In this document: one piece after another, positions 1 to 9,364 of the stretch
How the letters are laid out: every line of letters begins with the position of its first letter
Numbering within the stretch: the first letter of the stretch is position 1
DNA from: an uncultured Chloroflexia bacterium
Lineage (GTDB): Bacteria > Chloroflexota > Limnocylindria > Limnocylindrales > CSP1-4
Length of the DNA: 64,000 nucleotides
Assembly (NCBI GenBank): GCA_963752475.1
Contig: CAVVYR010000007.1
Span: 256,001 to 320,000 of the forward strand
Reading direction: 5' to 3'
The notes under the pieces: generated by a model
Seen by the model: only the letters and a program-made list of their open reading frames with translations
The model's database searches: none
What the model was told of the DNA's origin: nothing
Translations under genes and position numbers: made by a program

Positions 1-160
1 CGGGCTCGTCGGCTCCCTCCCGGGTGATGTATCGGCCTCGGCGATCTCCGAGGCCCTCGCGCCTGCGCTCGACGCCGCCGGGTCGAGCCGGACGGTATCT
101 TCGCTGATGGCTTCGAATCAGGAGATACATCGGCCTGGACCACGGGGGACGAGAACGACC

Positions 161-1459
161 ATGCGGACCGCACCACTCACGCTGCTCACCACCGTCGCGC
201 TGCTCGCGACGGCGCTACCGGCGGTCGCCGAGGATGAGGGGCCGGTGCTGGAAGTGACGACCCACACGACGTACACCGTGCGGCCCGACAAGGGCGACGT
301 CGCAGTCGTGGCCAAGACGACGCTCGTCAACCGGGACAAGCCCAAGGGCGGCGCGTCCTCCGGCTTCTCGGGCTGGGGCACCATCTCCGTCCCGCCCGAG
401 GCGAGCGGTATCAAGATCAAAGGCAAGGGCATCAAGCCACACAAGGACTTCGCCGGCGAGGACGGGTCCTCGTGGTCGGTCTCGTTCCCCCTGATCTGGT
501 TCCGCGAGAAGCAGCGCCTGACCACTCGTTTCGTGCTTGCTGGCGACGGCAGCGGCTCGACCGTCGTGACCGACGACTACATCCATCTCTGCTGGACCGG
601 CATCAGCGGCGACAAGGGATCGATCACCGCCCGCCTGCCCGAGGGCTGGGAGCTCCGGCACACCGGCCGCGGCGGGGAAACGGTCGCGCAGTCGGCCGAT
701 GAGCAGGGTCTTGTCCTCGTGAGCGACCGCGTTACCGCGCCCGACGGTCGCGACACCTGCACCGAGGCCATCCGTCCCGACGGGCTCGAGCAGCGGACGA
801 TCGGCACGGGTCCGACCCGGCTCGAGCTGCGCACGCATCGCGCCGACACGGCACGGGTCGAGGCGGCAGCCGACGAGCTCGAGACGACGCTCGACTGGCT
901 CGAGACCCACGTCGGAGCGCCGGCGTCGGCCGACGAGACGACGTTCATCATCACCGAGAGCGCACGCGCCGCCTGGCCCTACTCGAGCGGCGGGCTGCAG
1001 CCTGACGAGCGCGGGCATCTCTCGCTCGTGTTCGAAGACACCGAGCCCGGCGCCCTCGCGCCCTCGCTCGCGCGGGCCTGGTTCACCACACTCGACGCGC
1101 CCGACTGGGTACGCGAGGGCATCGCGACCTGGAGTGCCGCCGAGGCCCTCGGGCTCGCCTGTCCCGCCGCACCCGAGGCCGCCGCGGAGCCGGCCGACCT
1201 CGATGGCGCCTGGAGGACGATGACTTTCGGCTTCCCGCTCGAATGGGAACGCTGGCACCAGCAGTCCGCGCTCGCCTGTCGCGTCGTCGAGGCGGTCGCC
1301 GCAGACGTCGGCACCGAAGCGCTCATCGAACAGGTCGCCGAGGCTCGCGTCGCAGAGACACCCCTCGACGATGTGAGTTGGCTGCCTGCGAGCGATGCGT
1401 GGTCCGCGCCGGTCATCGCGGCCTTCGACACCGCCGGCATCGACCTCCCGCCCGGCTGA
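161..1459 (+). CDS. secreted protein with degenerate gluzincin/peptidase MA-like domain
   Basis: Signal peptide MRTAPLTLLTTVALLATALPAVA. The segment PSLARAWF...WVREGIATW resembles the M1-type HExxHxWF...WxxEGxA motif but lacks the His/Glu residues. Start moved to ATG 161. Confidence 0.65.
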   Translation: MRTAPLTLLTTVALLATALPAVAEDEGPVLEVTTHTTYTVRPDKGDVAVVAKTTLVNRDKPKGGASSGFSGWGTISVPPEASGIKIKGKGIKPHKDFAGEDGSSWSVSFPLIWFREKQRLTTRFVLAGDGSGSTVVTDDYIHLCWTGISGDKGSITARLPEGWELRHTGRGGETVAQSADEQGLVLVSDRVTAPDGRDTCTEAIRPDGLEQRTIGTGPTRLELRTHRADTARVEAAADELETTLDWLETHVGAPASADETTFIITESARAAWPYSSGGLQPDERGHLSLVFEDTEPGALAPSLARAWFTTLDAPDWVREGIATWSAAEALGLACPAAPEAAAEPADLDGAWRTMTFGFPLEWERWHQQSALACRVVEAVAADVGTEALIEQVAEARVAETPLDDVSWLPASDAWSAPVIAAFDTAGIDLPPG

Positions 1460-1570
1460 ACGCACGTCCATCACGCTCCGCCCTGTGCGACACCGCCGGT
1501 TGGCAACCGCAGAAGTTCGCCGTGTTCGAGTAGCTCGACATGTGTCGGCACCCGCCCGATACTCGCGGCG

Positions 1571-2086
1571 ATGTCCGTGAAACCTGGCCTCCTGACGCTC
1601 TCCGAGGAGGACCGGCGCATGCTGGCTCCGTGGGTGGCTGACTGCGTGGAGCGGGCCCTGCCGTCGTTCGAAGAGGTGGCTCCCTCGGACCTTCGTCCGC
1701 GCCTCGCAGTCGAGGCGTTGCGGGCGTTCGCACGATGCGACCAACAGATCGAGGCGCTCCGGAGGCTGGCGTTCGAGGCCCACGCCGCCGCGCGCGCCGT
1801 CACCGAGCCAGCCGCGGTAGCGGCAGCCCGGGCCGCGGGTCAGGCGGCCGGCGTCGCTCACATGGCAGGACACGCGTTCCCCGCGGCCGCGTACGCGGTC
1901 AGGGCTGTGAGTATCGATACGACCGACCCCGAGATGGCAGCTGCTGCCGAAGTCCGGTGGCAGTTCCGGGCGACCAGTGCGTCCGTGCGCTCGATCTTGC
2001 GACGGCTGCCCAGACAGCAGCGCCCTGCCGGAGGGGCCTTCGGGGCGACGGCTCAGCTCCTTGACCTGATCGCTAGCGACGACTGA
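1571..2086 (+). CDS. Imm5-like putative immunity protein
   Basis: WVADCVERALPSFE...DLRPRLAVEA...AARAAGQAAGVAHMAGHA is the typical Imm-5-like Ala-rich helical pattern. Confidence 0.75.
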   Translation: MSVKPGLLTLSEEDRRMLAPWVADCVERALPSFEEVAPSDLRPRLAVEALRAFARCDQQIEALRRLAFEAHAAARAVTEPAAVAAARAAGQAAGVAHMAGHAFPAAAYAVRAVSIDTTDPEMAAAAEVRWQFRATSASVRSILRRLPRQQRPAGGAFGATAQLLDLIASDD

Positions 2087-2208
2087 CGTGGACGCGAGGC
2101 ATCAGTGCGACGTCTTCCCCGCACGGTGTGTCCGCTCGGCGACGGCAGGTAGCCCGCTGCCAGGCTCGAGCCCGGCAGCGGGCGGAAGTGAGTGGAGCCG
2201 AGTTCGAC

Positions 2209-2664
2209 TCAGGCGCGGCCGCGCGGCACCTTGATCACCGGGCACACGAACTGGCGTACGACGGTGTCGCTGGTGATGAAGCCGCCCGCCCTGGCAGCTT
2301 CGACCTCCTGCTCGGAATCGATGTCGCCACTGGCGTTGTCGTCGACCGCGGCGACCGCGGCCGAGTAGTCACTGAACGTGAGTGCATGCACCATCCAGCG
2401 TCCGCCGTTGTAATCCCGGTCGCCCGGCGCCGCGGTCGCGACGTTCGGCTGGTCGTCGATCGCGTAGATGATGTCGAAGCTGTGTGGCGGGGCGCCGGTA
2501 TGGCTCAGATCGGTCGGCGTGGTGACCGTTCGGTACAGCACGCCGTCGACATAGAATGCCGGTCCGGTGACTCCACCGGCTCCGTTGCCGGCGGCCACGG
2601 TGGCTCCCAGCACGAGCGTGAGCAGGGCGGCCAGTGCCGCCGAGATCGGTGTCCTGCTTCCCAT
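2209..2664 (-). CDS. secreted hypothetical protein
   Basis: AGGAG RBS, signal peptide, GDRDYNGGRW motif and EF-hand-like DDNASGDID. Confidence 0.75.
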   Translation of the reverse strand: MGSRTPISAALAALLTLVLGATVAAGNGAGGVTGPAFYVDGVLYRTVTTPTDLSHTGAPPHSFDIIYAIDDQPNVATAAPGDRDYNGGRWMVHALTFSDYSAAVAAVDDNASGDIDSEQEVEAARAGGFITSDTVVRQFVCPVIKVPRGRA

Positions 2665-2898
2665 GGATCTCTCCTTTGCTTGCCTCTGTCGCGTTGGCTG
2701 GGCCCTTGAGTACCAACGTGTCCCAGACGCTAGGGAGCCGGGATGTCCTGGGCGTGAAGCGGAAGCCTCGATACCGCGACGCTGGGATGTCGGGCCGATG
2801 ACGGACCTCGGCCATCTCGCGGACCGAAGACGGCTTCCTCACAATGAGTTACCTTCGCGCTGACACATACGAGACAGCAGCCTTACTCGGAGGGACCG

Positions 2899-3459
2899 AT
2901 GAGCTCGATGAACAAGTGGTGGCTGGCAGCACCCCTCGCCATGGGCCTGGTCGTGGCGGCCTGTGGTGGTGACGATGACTCGGCCGACGATGCGGCCACC
3001 GAGGCTCCGGCAGAAGCCGCGGCCACCGAGGCCGCAGCCGAGGAGCCCACCACGGAGCCCGTAGACGACAGCGCCGACCAGGCGCCCGGCAGCGGGATCG
3101 CGGTGGCCATGCTCGGCGACGAGGAGATCACCATCGAAAGTGCCCTCTGCTTCTTCGAGGAGCAGGAACGGGCCGGCCTTGGTGGCGTCTGGACGCACAC
3201 CGCGCAGGCCAGCGGCACCAACGCCGCCGGCGAGCCGGTGACCATCGGCCTCGACCGGGCACGCAACGAAGACGAGACCATCGAGGACTCGATCTACGTG
3301 AACATCGGCGAGCCCGCGGCTGACGACTTCGTGGGCCTGACCGCCGATGGCCCCGAGGGCCTCATCGAGTTCGGTGATTCGTCCGTCTCGGCTGAGGGCG
3401 TCGAGGTGGGTGAGTTCGGCAGCGATCCGCTCTCGCTGACGATCAGCTTCGACTGCTAG
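2899..3459 (+). CDS. lipoprotein, acidic
   Basis: GGAGG RBS, lipobox VAAC-GG, Ala/Glu/Thr linker and a beta-rich C-terminal domain with two Cys. Confidence 0.8.
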   Translation: MSSMNKWWLAAPLAMGLVVAACGGDDDSADDAATEAPAEAAATEAAAEEPTTEPVDDSADQAPGSGIAVAMLGDEEITIESALCFFEEQERAGLGGVWTHTAQASGTNAAGEPVTIGLDRARNEDETIEDSIYVNIGEPAADDFVGLTADGPEGLIEFGDSSVSAEGVEVGEFGSDPLSLTISFDC

Positions 3460-3491
3460 CACCAAGTGGCGAGTGAGGGCATCCTAGGCGC

Positions 3492-4655
3492 ATGTCGTCC
3501 GCTCTCGCTCGCCGTCTGGCGGCGCTGCTCGCCGTCGTCATCTTCACCACTGCGATTCCGCTCCCGGCGCTTGCTGCCGATGCCGACAAGGACGGCCTGA
3601 CCAACGCCTTCGAGACCAAGTGGCGCCTGACCTCGCCGACGAAGCAGGACAGCGATGGTGACGGCGTCATCGACTCCGCCGAGGACTTCGACAAGGACGG
3701 CCTGGGAGCCTTCGGGGAGCAGCGCGCCGGCACCAACCCGCGCAAGGCCGACACCGACGGCGATGGCGTAGCCGACCCCCACGAAGACCACGACGGCGAC
3801 GGCCGGATCAACGCCCTCGAGCAGGATGAGCGCCGCGTTCCCTTGGCCCTCAAGCCGACGCTCGCGAAGGCGGCCCGGGATCGGCCACAGATCAAGGGCA
3901 AGTGGTGTTCCCCGCCTCCCGGCAGCTCCAGGGTCAAGACCTGCCACTTCGGCAACCCCAGGAGCGACACCACGGTCGTGCTCATGGGCGACTCGCACGC
4001 CGTCGCCTGGTCGGAGGCCGCCTGGCGGGCCGCCGAGTCGCGAGGCTGGCACCTCATCACGCTCTTCAAGAGCGCGTGCGTGCCGCTGAAGGGGGTCTAC
4101 TCGGTGGCCATGCACAAACGGAACCGGGGCAAGGCCTGCACGGGCTGGCGTGACGATGCGCTGGAGTGGATCGCCAAGCGCGGCCGGAAGATCGATGTGC
4201 TGATCCTCGCGACCTCGGATGCCTACACCCTGGCCCGGCCCAACGGCTCGGTCATCAAGGCCGCCGCGAGCGCTCCCATCTGGGCCTCCGGCATGCGCAG
4301 GACGCTGAAGGCCATCCCGGAGCGGATCAAGGTCATCGTCCTTGGCGACGTGCCGCGAAACACCAGGGACCCGGTCACCTGCCTGAAGCACAACCGCCGG
4401 GACATGTCGCGCTGTGTCACACCCCGTGAGGGCGGGGCCTCACTCGTCGTGGCCAACGCGCTGCGCCGGGCGACCCGGAGCCAGGGTGAGTACCACCGTT
4501 CGCTGAACGGACAGATCTGCCCCTACGATCCGTGTCCGCTGGTCCAGGGTACGACCATGATCTGGCGTGACAAGTCGCACCTCACGGGCACCTTCGCGCG
4601 CAAGCTCATGCCCTCGTTCCGACGCATGGTCGGCACGGTCCTCAAGGGCAAGTAG
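3492..4655 (+). CDS. secreted SGNH hydrolase-like protein with N-terminal DxDxDG Ca-binding repeats
   Basis: Signal peptide, repeated DSDGDG/DTDGDG, GDSH block I and C-terminal WRDKSH (DxxH), with Cys pairs as in AT3-fused SGNH domains. Confidence 0.8.
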   Translation: MSSALARRLAALLAVVIFTTAIPLPALAADADKDGLTNAFETKWRLTSPTKQDSDGDGVIDSAEDFDKDGLGAFGEQRAGTNPRKADTDGDGVADPHEDHDGDGRINALEQDERRVPLALKPTLAKAARDRPQIKGKWCSPPPGSSRVKTCHFGNPRSDTTVVLMGDSHAVAWSEAAWRAAESRGWHLITLFKSACVPLKGVYSVAMHKRNRGKACTGWRDDALEWIAKRGRKIDVLILATSDAYTLARPNGSVIKAAASAPIWASGMRRTLKAIPERIKVIVLGDVPRNTRDPVTCLKHNRRDMSRCVTPREGGASLVVANALRRATRSQGEYHRSLNGQICPYDPCPLVQGTTMIWRDKSHLTGTFARKLMPSFRRMVGTVLKGK

Positions 4656-4660
4656 CCCCG

Positions 4661-5038
4661 CTATCGCGGTTTCGACAGCCGCCTGAGCTGGGAGCGGGCG
4701 TAGGTCCGGGCCCGCCGCTGGCCGCCGTTCTCCTCGATGGCTGCCTCCAGGGATGCGAGCACACGGATGAGCGCCTCGCGGTTCGGGTGCCAGCCTCGCC
4801 GTTCACACTCCTCGAGCCACTCGCTCGGCGTGCGGTGACCGCGCTGGCCGTTGCAGCGACTGCAGGCCGCGACCTCGTTCTCGATCCAGCTCGGCCCGCC
4901 CTTGAGACGGGGCACGACATGCTCGGTCGTGGCCTTGACGAGCCCCACGCCGATCTCACGACCACACCACACGCAGGCACGCCCGTCCCGCTCGAAGATG
5001 AGCGCCATGCGTGCCCGTCGGTCAGGTTTGGTGGCCAC
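4661..5038 (-). CDS. HNH endonuclease
   Basis: RDGRACVWCG...TTEHVVPRLKGG...AACSRCNGQRG. Confidence 0.85.
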   Translation of the reverse strand: MATKPDRRARMALIFERDGRACVWCGREIGVGLVKATTEHVVPRLKGGPSWIENEVAACSRCNGQRGHRTPSEWLEECERRGWHPNREALIRVLASLEAAIEENGGQRRARTYARSQLRRLSKPR

Positions 5039-5054
5039 GGCACAGAATGGTCAC

Positions 5055-5957
5055 ATGAGCGGTCGCTTCGCGCCGTCCCCGACCGGCGAGCTCCATCTGG
5101 GCAACCTCCGCACCGCCGCCGTCGCCTGGCTGGCGGCGCGGGCGTCGGGGGCGCCCTTCCTCATGCGCATCGAGGACCTCGACCGCGGACGTTCGCGCCC
5201 CGAGCACGAGGAGCGTCAACTGGCCGACCTCGCGGCCATCGGGCTCGACTGGGATGGCGAAGTCGTACGACAGAGCGAGCGCTTCGACCGCTACGACGCG
5301 GCCATCGACCGGCTCACCGAGGCCGGCCTGGTATACGAGTGCTTCTGTACGCGCCGTCAGATCCGCGAGGAGATCGAGGCCGCCCCCAGTGCCCCGCACC
5401 TGCCGCCCGATGCCTATCCCGGGACCTGCCGCGACCTCCCCTCCGACCGAGCGGTCGAGCGACGAGCCTCCGGCCGAGCGCCGGCGCTGCGCCTCCGCAC
5501 TGAAGGGCAGCGCATCGACTTCGACGACCGGCTCCACGGGCCGAGTGGGGGAGGGGTGGACGACTTCGTCCTTCGCCGCAACGACGGCACCCCGGCCTAC
5601 AACGTGGCCGTCGTCGTCGACGATGCCGAACAGGGGGTCACCCAGGTCGTGCGCGGCGACGACCTGCTCGACTCGACCCCACGGCAGGTCCTGCTGCAGC
5701 GACTGCTGGGCTATGCCACGCCCGAGTACCTGCACGTCCCGCTGGTGGTCAACACAACCGGTCAGCGCCTGGCCAAGCGCGACGGCGCCGTGACCCTCTC
5801 GGCTCTCGCCGAACGAGGCGTGTCGCCGGATGCGGTGGTCGACTGGATCGTCAAGTCACTCGGGATGGGCGAGGTCGGCGGGCTCTCCGAGCTCATCGAC
5901 CACTTCGATCCCAGCCCGCTACCGCGAGGCCCGATCGTGGTGCCGGACCTAGCCTGA
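5055..5957 (+). CDS. gluQ: glutamyl-Q tRNA(Asp) synthetase
   Basis: RFAPSPTGELHLGN, RIEDLD, CFCTR, RGDDL and RLAKRDG; about 300 aa with no anticodon-binding domain. Confidence 0.93.
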   Translation: MSGRFAPSPTGELHLGNLRTAAVAWLAARASGAPFLMRIEDLDRGRSRPEHEERQLADLAAIGLDWDGEVVRQSERFDRYDAAIDRLTEAGLVYECFCTRRQIREEIEAAPSAPHLPPDAYPGTCRDLPSDRAVERRASGRAPALRLRTEGQRIDFDDRLHGPSGGGVDDFVLRRNDGTPAYNVAVVVDDAEQGVTQVVRGDDLLDSTPRQVLLQRLLGYATPEYLHVPLVVNTTGQRLAKRDGAVTLSALAERGVSPDAVVDWIVKSLGMGEVGGLSELIDHFDPSPLPRGPIVVPDLA

Positions 5958-5970
5958 CGCCGGTTCCACG

Positions 5971-6834
5971 CTAGCGGTCGACGATGGGGCCGTTCGGCTC
6001 CGAGCCACTGGCGACCGGCATGTCGCTGGCGGACCAGTCACTGAACGAGCCGATGTAGACGAGCGGGTCGGGCAGGCCGGCCACGCGTGCGGCCAGGGCG
6101 CCGTAGCAGGCGGTCACGCCACTCTGGCACGACACGACCAGCGGCAGCTCGGCCCGATCACCCTCGCCGCGGATCAACGGGCGGACCTCATCGGCCGGCT
6201 TCATCCGGCCGTCCTCGGTCATCATCGAGCCGCAGGGTCGGTTGCGCGCGCCGGGGATGTGACCACCGATGGTGCCGGGGGTAGCTTCCTTGCCGCTGTA
6301 GGCATCGGGAGCCCGGACGTCGACGAGGTCGACCCTGCCCTCGAGTTCGGTCAGCTCCTCACGATCGACGGTGCCGGTCCACTCGGTGGCCAGCGTCATC
6401 GTCGCGGGCTCGGGGGCCGGCACTTCCGTGGTCCAAGGGCCGCCGACCTTCTTCCAGGCCGCGATACCGCCGTCGAGCATCTTCACGTTCGGATGGCCGA
6501 GCCGGTCGAGCATGGCCCACATGCGGGCGCCGAACTGGCCGCTGGCCGCGTCGTGGATGACGATCGTGTGCTCGCTGCCGAAGCCGAGCTCGCCCATGCG
6601 GGCGGCGAAGGCGACGGGATCGGGCACCGGCTTGGCGCCGGGACCGTCGGGTGCCGCGAGGTCGGTGTCGAGGTCGACGTAGACGGCACCTGGGATGTGG
6701 CCTTCGTCGTACTCCTTCCTGCCGCGGCCGGGCTCACCGAGGAAGAAACGGACGTCGGCGATGCGGATGCTGGGATCCGAGAGGGCCTCCAGCAGTTCGG
6801 CGGCAGAGATCAGGGGAAAGGTCTTCTCGTTCAT
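5971..6834 (-). CDS. two-domain sulfurtransferase (rhodanese/SseA family), divergent paralog
   Basis: GHIPGA twice, LDGG, active loop CQSGVT and YIGSFSDW. The ATG overlaps the upstream paralog's stop (ATGA). Confidence 0.9.
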   Translation of the reverse strand: MNEKTFPLISAAELLEALSDPSIRIADVRFFLGEPGRGRKEYDEGHIPGAVYVDLDTDLAAPDGPGAKPVPDPVAFAARMGELGFGSEHTIVIHDAASGQFGARMWAMLDRLGHPNVKMLDGGIAAWKKVGGPWTTEVPAPEPATMTLATEWTGTVDREELTELEGRVDLVDVRAPDAYSGKEATPGTIGGHIPGARNRPCGSMMTEDGRMKPADEVRPLIRGEGDRAELPLVVSCQSGVTACYGALAARVAGLPDPLVYIGSFSDWSASDMPVASGSEPNGPIVDR

Positions 6835-7748
6835 GGTCTTGAACATATGCTCAAGGCCGCAACTGCCGAAAGGCCGGAAGGCCTGAATTGAGACTGAGTG
6901 TCAGCCTGCGTCGGGGTCGACTCGACAGACATCCCGGCGCCCACCCAGTCGCTGTAGGAGCCCGGGTAGAGGATGGGGTCCGGTAGCTCGGCCACGCGCG
7001 CTGCGAGCATCCCGAAGCAGGCGGTCACGCCGCTGCCGCAGGAGATGACCAGCGGCCGCTTGGCGCGTTCACCCTCGCCGCGGATGAGCAGCCGGACCTC
7101 CTCCGCCGGCAGCAGGCGGCCGTCGTCGGTGACCATCGATCCACATGGTCGATTGCGCGCGCCAGGGATATGGCCGGCGACAACCTCCATCGGCTCGACT
7201 TCGCCGCGATAGCGCTCGGGCGCACGGACGTCGACCAGGTCGATCGCGTCCTTCGAGGCGGCGACGGTCTCGCGGTCCATCGTGCCGGGCCACTCGGGCG
7301 CCAGCGTCATCGTCGCTCGCATGGGCGTGGAGCGTTCGGCCGTCCACGGGCCATCGGCCGCCTGCCAGGCCGCGATGCCGCCGTCGAGCATGTAGACGGA
7401 GTCGTGGCCGAGCCGATCGAGCATCCACCACATACGCGCGCCGAACTGCCCGTGCGCCGCGTCGTAGATGACGACCGTGTGCCCGTCACCGAACCCGAGC
7501 TCACCCATGCGGTCGGCGAAGCGGGTGGGGTTCGGCAGAGGATGCCGGCCCTCGCCCGGGGGCGCCGCCAGGTCTCGGTCGAGGTCGACGAAGACCGCGC
7601 CGGGGATGTGTCCCTGCGCGTACTCCGCCTGGCCGCGTTCGGGCTGACCGAGGAACCAACGCACATCGGCGATACGCAGGCTGGGATCGCCGAGCGCCTC
7701 GAGCAGCTCGTCAGCGGAGACGAGGGGGTAGCGGTGTTCGTCGGTCAT
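6831..7748 (-). CDS. sseA: 3-mercaptopyruvate/thiosulfate sulfurtransferase
   Basis: GHIPGA, GRHPLP, active loop CGSGVT and YPGSYSDW. Confidence 0.9.
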   Translation of the reverse strand: MTDEHRYPLVSADELLEALGDPSLRIADVRWFLGQPERGQAEYAQGHIPGAVFVDLDRDLAAPPGEGRHPLPNPTRFADRMGELGFGDGHTVVIYDAAHGQFGARMWWMLDRLGHDSVYMLDGGIAAWQAADGPWTAERSTPMRATMTLAPEWPGTMDRETVAASKDAIDLVDVRAPERYRGEVEPMEVVAGHIPGARNRPCGSMVTDDGRLLPAEEVRLLIRGEGERAKRPLVISCGSGVTACFGMLAARVAELPDPILYPGSYSDWVGAGMSVESTPTQADTQSQFRPSGLSAVAALSICSRP

Positions 7749-7761
7749 GCCGACCACGGTA

Positions 7762-7878
7762 TCAGCGCCGGCGACGGGTGCCCGAGTCGCGCATGGTGGG
7801 CACGTCGTTGAACAGGAAGTAGCCGCTCAGCACGATGAGCACAGCTACAGCCAGGATCAGGAAGGTAGTCAGGTCCAC
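7762..7878 (-). CDS. small single-TM membrane protein (38 aa)
   Basis: GTG after AGAGGGAG RBS, hydrophobic FLILAVAVLIVLSGYFLF and a basic tail. Confidence 0.55.
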   Translation of the reverse strand: MDLTTFLILAVAVLIVLSGYFLFNDVPTMRDSGTRRRR

Positions 7879-8110
7879 GGGGTCTCCCTCTCTCGCACGG
7901 TGTCGACACGGATCGACGCTACCTTTATGACGCGCGGCGTCGACCGTGCCAAGGGCTCGATGAGGTACCTGCCCGGTGGCCGACTTGGACTCCCCGCGGT
8001 CCGTCGGTACCACTGACGGTCGGCAGGGATCGGGTCGCTACGGTGCCGTCGGATCGTAGAAGATCTCGACGTCAAGTGGGCCAGATATGCGTCGCTGGTC
8101 TGCGTGCCGA

Positions 8111-9121
8111 CTACGGGAGGTAGAGCTCCACCTCGATGAAGTAGTCATCGTCGAAGGTGCCCGGGAACTCGACGTTCAGCTCCACGGCCGGCTGGCTGGG
8201 CGCAGTGGATCCCGTCTGGATCGCGTCGCTGCCGCTGGCGCAGCCGTCGCAGATGTTGACGTCTGGCTCTGTGTACTGGTCGTCGGCGCCCGTCGTCGCC
8301 AGCCGATACCAAGAGTGGACGTCGCCGGACTGGCTGGTGATCCCGAGGCCGTTCGGGCCGGTGAAGCGCGGACCCGAGATGGTGTGCTGATCCTTGTCCC
8401 AGGCTGCGAAATCCCGGGGCCACGCCGGCTGGTGGGTGGTGGGGTACAGGCCCATCTCGACGATATCGCCGGCATCGGGCCCGTTGCCGTCAGTGTCGAC
8501 CAGCTGGGCGATCATCACGTCGCCCGCATCAGGGACCTGGTTCTTGTTGAGGTCCGCGTAGGCGATGGCGATCACGTGGGTCAGGTCGATCGGTACGGGC
8601 TGAGGCTCAGGGGACTGGGGTGGCGACGGCAGCAACGGCAGCAACGGCAGTTCGCAGTTCACTCTCGGCGCTCTGCCTGCGTTCTGGAAGCAGCGGTCTG
8701 TTCCGGGGCCGCCGTCGAGGCCATCGTTGCCGGCCCGTCCGACTACCAGGTCGTCGCCCACGCCGCCGAAGAGCTGGTCGGGGCCCTTGCCCCCGAAGAG
8801 GCGGTCGCTGCCGGCGTTGCCGTAGATGCGATCGAGCCCACGGTTGCCCGCGATGCGGTCATCACCGAGCCCACCGCAGATGAGGTCGTTGCCACCACGC
8901 CCGAGGATGATGTCGTCACCCGGGCCCGCGGCGATGATGTCGCGCCCGTTGGTGCCCCGGATGATGTCGTCACCAGGCGTTCCGCTGATCGTGGCCTCGG
9001 CTCCGCGGCACATGGGGTCGGCAGCGGCCGTCGGCATAGCCACCATGGCAGCAGCGAGCGTGGTCAGCAGAGCGGCACTCGTCACCATCGCTGTGCTGCG
9101 GCGGAGTCGGCTCATCCTCAT
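8111..9121 (-). CDS. secreted Ca-binding protein with RTX/hemolysin-type repeats
   Basis: Signal peptide, CxGxxATIxGT followed by GGxGxD nonapeptides; C-terminal domain shared with 22412-23344. Confidence 0.85.
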   Translation of the reverse strand: MRMSRLRRSTAMVTSAALLTTLAAAMVAMPTAAADPMCRGAEATISGTPGDDIIRGTNGRDIIAAGPGDDIILGRGGNDLICGGLGDDRIAGNRGLDRIYGNAGSDRLFGGKGPDQLFGGVGDDLVVGRAGNDGLDGGPGTDRCFQNAGRAPRVNCELPLLPLLPSPPQSPEPQPVPIDLTHVIAIAYADLNKNQVPDAGDVMIAQLVDTDGNGPDAGDIVEMGLYPTTHQPAWPRDFAAWDKDQHTISGPRFTGPNGLGITSQSGDVHSWYRLATTGADDQYTEPDVNICDGCASGSDAIQTGSTAPSQPAVELNVEFPGTFDDDYFIEVELYLP

Positions 9122-9169
9122 CAGGTAGTGGTCCTCCCTCTGTGGCCTGCGCGAAGGGGATGGGCGCGA

Positions 9170-9212
9170 GACCGTATGAGGAAAGGTACAGCGTCGCAGT
9201 AGGTATTACCAG
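9170..9212 (-). promoter_or_regulatory. putative promoter motif shared with the RTX paralog
   Basis: Minus strand CTGGTAAT-N14-TGTACCTTTCCTC; the same motif and spacing occur at 23374-23415. Confidence 0.55.
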
Positions 9213-9364
9213 TCCGCCGCGCTCCGGCAGAGACGGCGCAGCCTGCCCCGCGACGCATCGTCGATGCACAGCGATGCGGTTCGCGTCGTCGCGGTCGCGC
9301 GCCGGTGACCAGACGCGGGGCAGGAGCCGTTGGGGTCGTCGGCTGGCGTGAGTACGACTGACCT

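Noticed and set aside
4661-5038. HNH as part of a defence or mobile system
   Set aside because: A stand-alone small HNH with no partner methylase, ATPase, RT or repeat nearby.
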